From a virus (lineage: Duplodnaviria; Caudoviricetes): a stretch of DNA of 64,000 bases. Of the stretch, positions 57,136 through 64,000 are shown piece after piece. The translations under genes were made by a program, and so were the position numbers. Positions within the stretch are counted from its first letter, which is position 1. Every line of letters begins with the position of its first letter. The notes below the pieces were generated by a model, which saw nothing but the letters and a program-made list of their open reading frames with translations, was not told the origin of the DNA and ran no database searches. The stretch is taken from IMG/VR virus record IMGVR_UViG_3300009169_000021, positions 1,885 through 65,884 of that record; one strand, given 5' to 3'.

Positions 57136-58261
57136 TGGTAGAAATGGACTTATTCCTATCGCTGTTCCCGTATGGAAGTAACTCTCTAGGATCAATGACC
57201 CTCTGAAGCCACCTCTTGTCAGTTTCGCCACATAAAGGACAAACTAACTCTAATTCATGTTGTAAACCAAATTGTACTTTATCAAAAAATTCATTTATCT
57301 GGTCAGTAGTGCTTCTTGTGATTACATCTCTATATTCTTCAAATTTTTCTTTATTAGACAACTTCTTATCATTTTTAGAAACTAATACCATTGATTTAGC
57401 ATATAGAAATAATAATCTGCCTTGTTCTTCTTTTAATATTTTTAACTCTTTTTCTTTCTTTTCTTTTAATTCATATAGAGGGACATTAGCCTCTTTTCTA
57501 TTTTGAGAAGATTTAATTTTAGGAGCATATACTTTAGTTGCATATTCCTTAGCTTCAAGAATATCTTTAACTCTAGGAAACCTTATTCCATAACTATCTT
57601 CTCCTGCTATAAAATAAACAGGTTCTTTGAGTTTAGTTTTTGCAACTTCCATATCTCTTGTATAACTATCAAGATCTTCTATAGGATTATTTTTATATTT
57701 TTTAAGTAGGTATTTTCTAAACGCTTCATCTGATATAGAATCAAGTTTTTCTTTAAAAAATACTTTCATATCTTCATCAACTTCACTCGTTGATTTGTAA
57801 GTTAGTGATAATAAATCTATAACAGTTTCATTTATAATTCTATTTTTTTCATCAGCTTCATTTTGACAATCACATAACCATCTATGAGTATGATATTGAC
57901 TTTCATATTTTACTTTTATTCCCATAAGAGTTTCAAGTAAATCTTCAGCACACATATCTTCAACTTTAAAATCTATATCATCTTTTTTTAGATCATTTAA
58001 AACTGAACATATAACATCAAGTAAATCATCTTGTGATGATAATTGAATATCATTAACATGTCTTTGAGAATAATCTTTAAAATGAAGTACATTTGGAGTA
58101 TCAAATCTACCTTGAGATTCATATTCTATAGCTATAGTATCAGCAAAATTCTTAGCTATAATCTCTTTTTCCTTTTCAATATCTTCTTCATTTTCATATA
58201 TAACTTCTTTTTTTCTTCTTTTAACTTCTTCTGGATTTAACAGTATACTTTCTTCAGACAT
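57086..58261 (-). CDS. tail/baseplate assembly chaperone (T4 gp26-like)
   Basis: C.C.....IDL..L, RFPRV.D, FG......CPLCG; upstream of the tape measure gene. Confidence 0.65.
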   Translation of the reverse strand: MSEESILLNPEEVKRRKKEVIYENEEDIEKEKEIIAKNFADTIAIEYESQGRFDTPNVLHFKDYSQRHVNDIQLSSQDDLLDVICSVLNDLKKDDIDFKVEDMCAEDLLETLMGIKVKYESQYHTHRWLCDCQNEADEKNRIINETVIDLLSLTYKSTSEVDEDMKVFFKEKLDSISDEAFRKYLLKKYKNNPIEDLDSYTRDMEVAKTKLKEPVYFIAGEDSYGIRFPRVKDILEAKEYATKVYAPKIKSSQNRKEANVPLYELKEKKEKELKILKEEQGRLLFLYAKSMVLVSKNDKKLSNKEKFEEYRDVITRSTTDQINEFFDKVQFGLQHELELVCPLCGETDKRWLQRVIDPRELLPYGNSDRNKSISTNGESGQRTGFNIYFGI

Positions 58262-58280
58262 TATAATTCATCTCCTTTAC

Positions 58281-58311
58281 TACTAATATTTTTAAAACTT
58301 TTATATTAGTA
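58281..58311 (-). promoter_or_regulatory. late motif with inverted partner next to the RBS
   Basis: TACTAATAT (58281-58289) / ATATTAGTA (58303-58311). Confidence 0.55.
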
Positions 58312-58315
58312 CTCT

Positions 58316-58945
58316 TTATAGAAAGTCAAATAAACTTAATCCAACTAATCTTATAGTATCACAAGCAAATTCAACTGTAATCAATTCTGTATCTCCTGAT
58401 GAATGATCATAACCAATTCCAGTAACAGCTTTTATTTTCATTCCTTCTATTTTTATCCATTCTGTAGAAGGTAAAGCATCTTGTTGAATAGGCATTATAA
58501 TAGCACTTCTTTTTGATATACTTTGATCATCATTAAAAATAAAATCTTTTGTAGTAGAATCATATGATGCAATATCATTAAGCCATTTTCTTAAATATCC
58601 TTTTGTAGTTCCCATATTATCTTCAAGAAATGTAGCTGTAAAGGATTCTGGATATATTAAATCCTTTACAGCCTGCAATCCTCCATACCTAATATATTCA
58701 AAACCCGTTAAGGGTAGATCTTGTATAGAATATAGATAAAATCTTACCACTAAAAAATCTCTTGCAGCAGCTACAGTAGATTTTGCTATAGATACAAAAC
58801 TCTTAGTAAAATCAATTTCAGGTGTCATTATTATTTCAAATAAACATTTATTCTGAAGTCCTATATTTCCATAAAACTCCTTATCTACAGTCATTGCTAT
58901 CGCTGCTGTATCAACAACCTTCTTATATTTACTCGCAACTGACAT
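58316..58945 (-). CDS. tube-fold protein (gp54/gp19 paralogue)
   Basis: YP....ATFLED......Y...W, then I.V.F.CD. Confidence 0.65.
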   Translation of the reverse strand: MSVASKYKKVVDTAAIAMTVDKEFYGNIGLQNKCLFEIIMTPEIDFTKSFVSIAKSTVAAARDFLVVRFYLYSIQDLPLTGFEYIRYGGLQAVKDLIYPESFTATFLEDNMGTTKGYLRKWLNDIASYDSTTKDFIFNDDQSISKRSAIIMPIQQDALPSTEWIKIEGMKIKAVTGIGYDHSSGDTELITVEFACDTIRLVGLSLFDFL

Positions 58946-58952
58946 TCTACAC

Positions 58953-59465
58953 CTATTCCACAGTCATAGAAATATATATAAATGTTATTGTAATTCTTAT
59001 AGGATCTCCAGAAGCATTATCAAATGTTCCTATTTTTATAGACTTTGGTTTTGCCTTCTTAAAAGATATTTTCTTAACCGCTGTCTGTGTTCTATCTTCT
59101 GCTTGCACAATAATTGTACTCCTAGAAAATATATCCGGCATTGCTGTTCCATTACTATGATCATAAGAATAATCACACCATTTTTTCAAATCATCATAAG
59201 CTTTCCAGTTTTGATCCAAACGAACATCAATAGAAAATTCTTTTGTAGTTTCTTGTAACATTCCTGTTTTTGTAAATTTAAATCCTTTATGAAAAATATC
59301 ATATACCGCCACAGTATCTTCCGGTGGATCAAATGTCTGATCTGCTCTAAGTGATATTAAGTTCCCATCCCCACCACCAGGAATACCCGTAGGGAATATA
59401 ATGGAGTATTGACTTGCGGCAGCATCGTCGCCCAATGAAAGTATCTGATCTGTTGAAATTGACAT
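58953..59465 (-). CDS. tail tube protein (gp19-like)
   Basis: 170 aa, directly after the sheath gene; Y..L..W, P..I....FD.......I..TF.Y. Confidence 0.8.
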   Translation of the reverse strand: MSISTDQILSLGDDAAASQYSIIFPTGIPGGGDGNLISLRADQTFDPPEDTVAVYDIFHKGFKFTKTGMLQETTKEFSIDVRLDQNWKAYDDLKKWCDYSYDHSNGTAMPDIFSRSTIIVQAEDRTQTAVKKISFKKAKPKSIKIGTFDNASGDPIRITITFIYISMTVE

Positions 59466-59505
59466 ATTATTTTATACCTCTTTATTATTTCAAAAATTAT
59501 TATAT

Positions 59506-59544
59506 ATTAGTTAGTACTATATTTTATTTATAGTACTAACTAAT
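59506..59544. terminator. 15-bp perfect inverted repeat between sheath and tube genes
   Basis: ATTAGTTAGTACTAT/ATAGTACTAACTAAT with a 9-nt loop; carries a late-motif variant. Terminator versus processing hairpin is unresolved. Confidence 0.55.
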
Positions 59545-59551
59545 GCTGTTA

Positions 59552-61705
59552 TTATCCCACAAGAGAAGAAATAGAGACAGATTGTCCTACTCTCGTCAAA
59601 CGGCACGTAATCCATTGGGAATTGGGTTGAATTTTTATGTACAAATCGAGCACAAATTCACGGGCATTAAGAACATCATCAGTATTATTATCTTCAGAAC
59701 AAACAACGAGTGCTTCCCTAATCCAGCCATTACCAATTATTGGTGCTAGAAATTCATCAGTTTGAGTTTTAGCCATAAGTCTATGTGTAGGATCATTAAG
59801 TTTGAATTCTTGTTTTCTAAGAATTTGAGTTGATACTGTATCTGTAATATATTTATATACTCTTCGAGTTCCAACAAATGAAGTATCACTGGTAGTAACT
59901 TGTAAAGTATTATCTCCATATATCATAAGACCATAAGCATCATCAAATACTATAGGATTGATTTGAGCATTATAGAATGAATCTAATTCTGCTTGTGTAT
60001 AGTCGACTTCAACTTCTAGAGTTGTCCAATCAGAGATTAAACCTCCATGGCTATTTTCATCAATACCTGCTGGACTTGCAGCATCATAGGAGTCTGCCAT
60101 CATAGCGTATTTTCTTCCTACTGATCCTATATTAGAAATCCAAGCAAGAGAGTTATTATAAGCATCTTCTATTTTTCTCCAATTGTGATAAAGACAAATA
60201 TCATCAGAATCTATACCCAGAGAAGATCTAAAAGTAAGGGCTTGTGATGCTGTATATCCTAGAGGTACACATGTGATTGCTTGTGCCCAAGGTTGATAAG
60301 ATTGAACTATAGTATTAAGGAGAACTCCTGCTGTACCATATACATCCATAAATATTTTAGCTTTGTATTTATTTCCATATTGAAATTGATTCCAAGCAGT
60401 AGTATAATTTGAAAGTAGTGGTTCTGCTCCTCTATCTCCTCCTGAAAAGGCTACTGTAGAAGTTCCTGGTAATACATAAGATGTTCCGGTAAATGCGGTA
60501 TTTAATTTAAATTGTACATATGGATTTTGATTAAAAACATCTGAATAATATAATGATCTTCCAGCACCATCTTTTTCTTGTATCAGAGAATAGTTATAAG
60601 TTTTAACTGGGACATAACCAGAAGCATTTAATTTGTACAGAGCGAGAATAAATTTACTTCCAGATACATAAGTTACAGAGGCAGCTAAATCATCTGCATA
60701 AGGTGAAGTTGTAAAGAAACTATGAGAAATTGTAGTTGTTCCATTTACTGAATAATGATATACAAAAGTCATTATTTGATTATAAAGAGGTATTGCTCCA
60801 GTTGGATTTACTCCTGTTGAAGTAAGAGCTAAACCTGTATTACTAAAAACTAATGTTAAAGCTGAATCACCTGTAAGAGGTGCATCTACAGATATAGAAG
60901 CAGTTGTTGATCCTCGTCTGCCAGAAATTAAAATAAAATTTCCAGATGTTGTAGCAGCCGTATATCCAAAAGCAGTATTGATATCACTTATAACAGCAGC
61001 TCTTGTTTTTGCAGCAGATTGTCCTAGATTGATTTCTTGAATTGTTCCATCTATAGAAATTCTAATTGATTTATCAGTTGCACCTAAACTAAGATCATAA
61101 TTTGATGTTCCATCTACTGTAGTAGTTACATTTGCAACTGTACCTGGAGTACCAATAAAAGTAATAGTAAAAATTCCACTTGTTAAATCTACAGAACCTG
61201 CTGATACATCTGTACCAGATAAAACTCCACCAGCACTAAGAGTAACATCTTTTTCAACTCCATTTACATTTACGACAAAATCAGTTACTTCTACTACTGG
61301 AATATATGAAAGAGTTCCAGAAAAAGTTGCATCTACTCCGGATGCTGCTGAATGAGTATAGGTAGAACCTTTAACAACTGTTCCATAATTAAAACTTGCA
61401 TAATCTCGTCCTATTCCAAAACCTGTAACATCTGTTAAAGTTACATCTATTCCCCCATATACAGCATCACTAGCATATGCACTTGCACACCATAGAGGAG
61501 CTGTTCTTGTAAATGCAATTGCTTCAAAAACTCCTGGATAGGTAGAAGAAGGAGTTCCTAATTCTCTTAAACAATCCTCTTCTGATTGTAGATACATAGG
61601 AGTAGCTTTACCTTTGGCAGATTTAACTACCATTGCTCCCGTTTCATTCATCAGAGTATTTGTAAAACCCGAATAATCGCGTTCTATTGTAGTTATACGA
61701 CTCAT
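59552..61705 (-). CDS. tail sheath protein (gp18-like)
   Basis: IERD.S, SPAG...GG, INPI, G..IYG..TL, RR, FK.ND..R, GWI....VVC...NNT, D.YIK..P. Confidence 0.9.
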   Translation of the reverse strand: MSRITTIERDYSGFTNTLMNETGAMVVKSAKGKATPMYLQSEEDCLRELGTPSSTYPGVFEAIAFTRTAPLWCASAYASDAVYGGIDVTLTDVTGFGIGRDYASFNYGTVVKGSTYTHSAASGVDATFSGTLSYIPVVEVTDFVVNVNGVEKDVTLSAGGVLSGTDVSAGSVDLTSGIFTITFIGTPGTVANVTTTVDGTSNYDLSLGATDKSIRISIDGTIQEINLGQSAAKTRAAVISDINTAFGYTAATTSGNFILISGRRGSTTASISVDAPLTGDSALTLVFSNTGLALTSTGVNPTGAIPLYNQIMTFVYHYSVNGTTTISHSFFTTSPYADDLAASVTYVSGSKFILALYKLNASGYVPVKTYNYSLIQEKDGAGRSLYYSDVFNQNPYVQFKLNTAFTGTSYVLPGTSTVAFSGGDRGAEPLLSNYTTAWNQFQYGNKYKAKIFMDVYGTAGVLLNTIVQSYQPWAQAITCVPLGYTASQALTFRSSLGIDSDDICLYHNWRKIEDAYNNSLAWISNIGSVGRKYAMMADSYDAASPAGIDENSHGGLISDWTTLEVEVDYTQAELDSFYNAQINPIVFDDAYGLMIYGDNTLQVTTSDTSFVGTRRVYKYITDTVSTQILRKQEFKLNDPTHRLMAKTQTDEFLAPIIGNGWIREALVVCSEDNNTDDVLNAREFVLDLYIKIQPNSQWITCRLTRVGQSVSISSLVG

Positions 61706-61745
61706 GTTATTTATACCTCTTTTTACGATTTATTTTCTAAATAAA

Positions 61746-61798
61746 TTTTATTTATTAGTAGAAAAATGTTTAAATTATTATTTTACTAATAAATAAAA
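61746..61798. promoter_or_regulatory. back-to-back putative late promoters (15-bp inverted repeat)
   Basis: TTTTATTTATTAGTA / TACTAATAAATAAAA facing the sheath gene (-) and ORF 61812 (+). Confidence 0.6.
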
Positions 61799-61811
61799 AA
61801 AGGAGTGTCTT

Positions 61812-61949
61812 ATGCTTATATGTTTTATTCTAAGTTTAATTTATTTTTGCTATGCTAAATTTGTATTGTGTGATCCTATAGATGAAGTATCTTTTAATAC
61901 AGTTTTCACTTTTGTAATTTTATGGGGATTTAAATTTCTATTCTTTTAA
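61812..61949 (+). CDS. small two-TM membrane protein (45 aa)
   Basis: AGGAG RBS; MLICFILSLIYFCYAKFVLCDPIDEVSFNTVFTFVILWGFKFLFF. Confidence 0.45.
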   Translation: MLICFILSLIYFCYAKFVLCDPIDEVSFNTVFTFVILWGFKFLFF

Positions 61950-62071
61950 ATATTATTATATAGAAGAAACTATGATAAAATATTCTTTTATATTTTAATT
62001 TTTATGACTATTTTAATAGATAATATACATATAAAAAATGTAATTTTTTTCTAAAAAAATAAAAAAAGTAG

Positions 62072-62100
62072 TATACATTTTTAGTTTTATTTATTATATT
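62072..62100 (+). promoter_or_regulatory. sigma70-type promoter
   Basis: TATACA-17 bp-TATATT, followed by AAGGAGG. Confidence 0.6.
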
Positions 62101-62130
62101 GTAACTAATAGAAATACTAAGGAGGAATAT

Positions 62131-63276
62131 ATGAAAAGTTTTATAAGTTTAATGCTAGTGGTTTTATTTACAAGTCTTATTATAGGGTGTGATGATACAA
62201 GTTCTGATCCTTCTCAAAATAGTAATAATCAGGTTATTGATCAACCTATTACAATTCCAGATACCCCAATAATAATTCCAGATGAGCCTATTGTAATCCC
62301 AGTTATCCCTATAGTTATTCCAGATAATCCTATTACAGAACCAGTTGTTATAACTGACCCTATTATTCCTATAGAACCACCTGTAATAATAGATCCTCCA
62401 GTAGTAATAACAGATCCCATTATACCAGTAGAACCTCCAGTGGTTATAGTTCCTATAGAACCACCTGTTGTAGTAGATCCTCCTATCATAGTTGATCCAC
62501 CAGTAGTAATTGATCCCCCAATTATTGTAGAGCCTCCAGTAGTAGTTGATCCTCCTGTAGTTGTAATTCCTCCGGTTGTAGTAGAACCCCCGGTTATAAC
62601 GGATCCTATTATACCGGTTATTACTGTAACAATTACAAGAGTTATTACTTCTATTCCAATAGATGTTGATTTCTATTATCATGTTTTTTCAACAAATAAA
62701 ATAATATATTTTAAAAATCAAAAATTCAATGATGTAATTTGTACATATACAGATGTAACTAAAACTTATTTAGATGGGGTTCTTTTTTCAACTTCTTCAA
62801 CTTCTCCAACAACATATTATTTTACTACTTTCTTTTCTATAGGAGAAGCTTCTAAAGTACTTTATTTTACTATAGAAGATAAAAATTATCAACAAGTTAA
62901 CGGGATTATATCTGAAATTGTAGCTTTACCTACTAGACCAATAAAACAAAAAGTTACATATGGAATTAAAAATAATGCTTCTTATATAACTTGTGTATTT
63001 ATAAATTCTACATCTTCAGGAATTGGACGAAAATTAGAAGGTGGTGGATATAGTAATTCTGGACAAGCTCAAATGATAGATGGTTGTAAATATACTAATA
63101 TAGATTTTTATTCTCCTGATGGAGTACATATAACTAATCAATATGGTCTTATAGTGAATGTAGCAAATGATGGAGCAGGCTATATAACATTTCCAAAAAA
63201 AGGTTTATATATATATCTTGACCAACTACATTATAGAGATCCTATTTTTCTACAAGAAAGAGGTAGCATGTGGTAA
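62131..63276 (+). CDS. lipoprotein with long Pro/Val/Ile-rich repeat stalk
   Basis: Lipoprotein signal peptide ending IIG-C; about 125 aa of (D/E)PP(V/I)(V/I)(V/I) repeats; beta-rich C-terminal domain. Confidence 0.75.
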   Translation: MKSFISLMLVVLFTSLIIGCDDTSSDPSQNSNNQVIDQPITIPDTPIIIPDEPIVIPVIPIVIPDNPITEPVVITDPIIPIEPPVIIDPPVVITDPIIPVEPPVVIVPIEPPVVVDPPIIVDPPVVIDPPIIVEPPVVVDPPVVVIPPVVVEPPVITDPIIPVITVTITRVITSIPIDVDFYYHVFSTNKIIYFKNQKFNDVICTYTDVTKTYLDGVLFSTSSTSPTTYYFTTFFSIGEASKVLYFTIEDKNYQQVNGIISEIVALPTRPIKQKVTYGIKNNASYITCVFINSTSSGIGRKLEGGGYSNSGQAQMIDGCKYTNIDFYSPDGVHITNQYGLIVNVANDGAGYITFPKKGLYIYLDQLHYRDPIFLQERGSMW

Positions 63277-63283
63277 CAAAAAT

Positions 63284-63348
63284 AAGTCAAACTTTTTTAT
63301 ACTATAAATAAAAAAGTTTGACTTAAAAATAATTTTTTAATTATATTA
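63284..63348 (+). promoter_or_regulatory. 17-bp inverted repeat (terminator-like) overlapping a sigma70-type promoter
   Basis: AAGTCAAACTTTTTTAT/ATAAAAAAGTTTGACTT; TTGACT in the right arm, TATATT 18 bp downstream. Confidence 0.65.
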
Positions 63349-63376
63349 TAAATAAGAAATTAAAGGAGAAATTAAA

Positions 63377-63544
63377 ATGATTTATAAAGAACTAAAAGTC
63401 TATCCTAATGAATTTAATCCTACTATTATGAATAGAGTATCTATAAAAGGATTAGCTCATACAGAAGAAGAACTTAAAAGATTAGTAGATGAAATATGTC
63501 ATCTATATAATTATACACCTAAAAACATATCAAAGGAAAATTAA
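63377..63544 (+). CDS. small protein (55 aa)
   Basis: AAGGAG RBS after the promoter; absent from the ORF track. Confidence 0.55.
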   Translation: MIYKELKVYPNEFNPTIMNRVSIKGLAHTEEELKRLVDEICHLYNYTPKNISKEN

Positions 63545-63545
63545 A

Positions 63546-64000
63546 ATGAAAAAAATTGAACAACTAACGAAGAAACAAGAGATACAATTAGAAATTTATA
63601 AGAATAAGTGGCTTGCCATAGGACTATCTACAGAACAACCTTCTTTTCAAAGAACAAAGGAGATTATAGATAATATATATATTCATATATTAAAAAAATC
63701 CCCCGTTCCTGTAATAGTTCTTGATAATCCCTATGATACTTGGGTAGCTGTTTGTATTTATGCTTCTGAAAATAATCAAGTTAGGAATCAAGTTTGGAAT
63801 CAAGTTTGGAATCAAGTTAGTAATCAAGTTTGGAATCAAGTTAGTAATCAAGTTAGTAATCAAGTTTGGAATCAAGTTAGTAATCAAGTTAGTAATCAAG
63901 TTTGGAATCAAGTTAGGAATCAAGTTTGGAATCAAGTTTGGAATCAAGTTAGTAATCAAGTTGAGAATCAAGTTAGTAATCAAGTTAGTAATCAAGTTGA
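63546..64000 (+). CDS. DUF6745-like protein with NQV-x repeats, 3'-truncated
   Basis: MKKIEQLTKKQE.....Y..KW..IGLST...I..IY.......P...V..LD.P followed by (NQVR/W/S/E)n; open to the window end. Confidence 0.7.
   Translation, partial: MKKIEQLTKKQEIQLEIYKNKWLAIGLSTEQPSFQRTKEIIDNIYIHILKKSPVPVIVLDNPYDTWVAVCIYASENNQVRNQVWNQVWNQVSNQVWNQVSNQVSNQVWNQVSNQVSNQVWNQVRNQVWNQVWNQVSNQVENQVSNQVSNQV
63774..64000 (+). repeat. 12-bp coding tandem repeat AATCAAGTT-NNN, about 19 units in the window
   Basis: Invariant 9-mer plus a variable codon (AGG/TGG/AGT/GAG). Confidence 0.95.

Noticed and set aside
59552-59720. Locally higher GC at the sheath 3' end (also near 7420-7640) as foreign DNA or hidden RNA
   Set aside because: Short, not quantified, and no structure or boundaries were found; amino-acid composition or allele exchange could explain it.
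55575-59749. Plus-strand ORFs within the tape measure, chaperone, tube and sheath genes
   Set aside because: Antisense to well-supported structural genes and without recognisable motifs.
62164-62682. Two antisense ORFs (Tyr/Asn/Arg-rich and Gly/Thr/Ile-rich)
   Set aside because: Shadows of the Pro-rich repeat; no RBS or promoter support.
63690-64000. Possible CRISPR array, or the minus-strand (LITN/LIPN)n ORF
   Set aside because: The units are 12 bp with no unique spacers, and the repeat is in frame with a + strand gene starting at 63546; the minus ORF is its shadow.
1-64000. Stop-codon reassignment, as seen in some large AT-rich phages
   Set aside because: Genes are full length and tightly packed under the standard code; TAG ends the tube gene and TGA ends the spike gene at sensible lengths.

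Overview
This 64-kb window is a very AT-rich, densely coding piece of a large tailed phage with a contractile tail (T4-like structural logic); no rRNA, tRNA, CRISPR array or integrase was seen. Layout: (i) 1-13 kb head/neck region, with a T4 gp20-like portal, an acidic core-like protein, several proteins sharing an N-terminal M-K/Q-R/K-Y-x-P-F-x-E-like motif (two are paralogous HExxH metallopeptidases), a Zn-finger/Vsr-type endonuclease behind a structured leader, and a T5 A1-like nuclease. (ii) 12.7-17 kb small genes and a SET-domain protein. (iii) 17.3-30.6 kb, the most notable feature: a nucleotide-sugar island (RfbF, RfbH/DdhC, an LdpA-like Fe-S protein, HAD phosphatase, two aldolases, a ThDP enzyme, an SDR, FkbM methyltransferase and three glycosyltransferases) resembling a branched 3,6-dideoxysugar pathway. 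(iv) 30.7-41.9 kb replication/recombination genes (5'-3' exonuclease, DnaB-like helicase, resolvase, DnaX-like loader, Mre11/SbcD) and two more glycosyltransferases. (v) 41.9-61.7 kb, a minus-strand tail operon from sheath to fibres. (vi) 62-64 kb, a Pro-rich lipoprotein and a truncated NQV-x repeat protein. Two promoter classes recur: a sigma70-type (TTTTTAATTATATT) and a putative late motif TACTAAT. The supplied ORF track labels the seven long ORFs between 41928 and 51604 as '+', but their start codons read only on the reverse complement, so they are reported here as '-'. All product calls come from motifs recognised by eye, with no database search.
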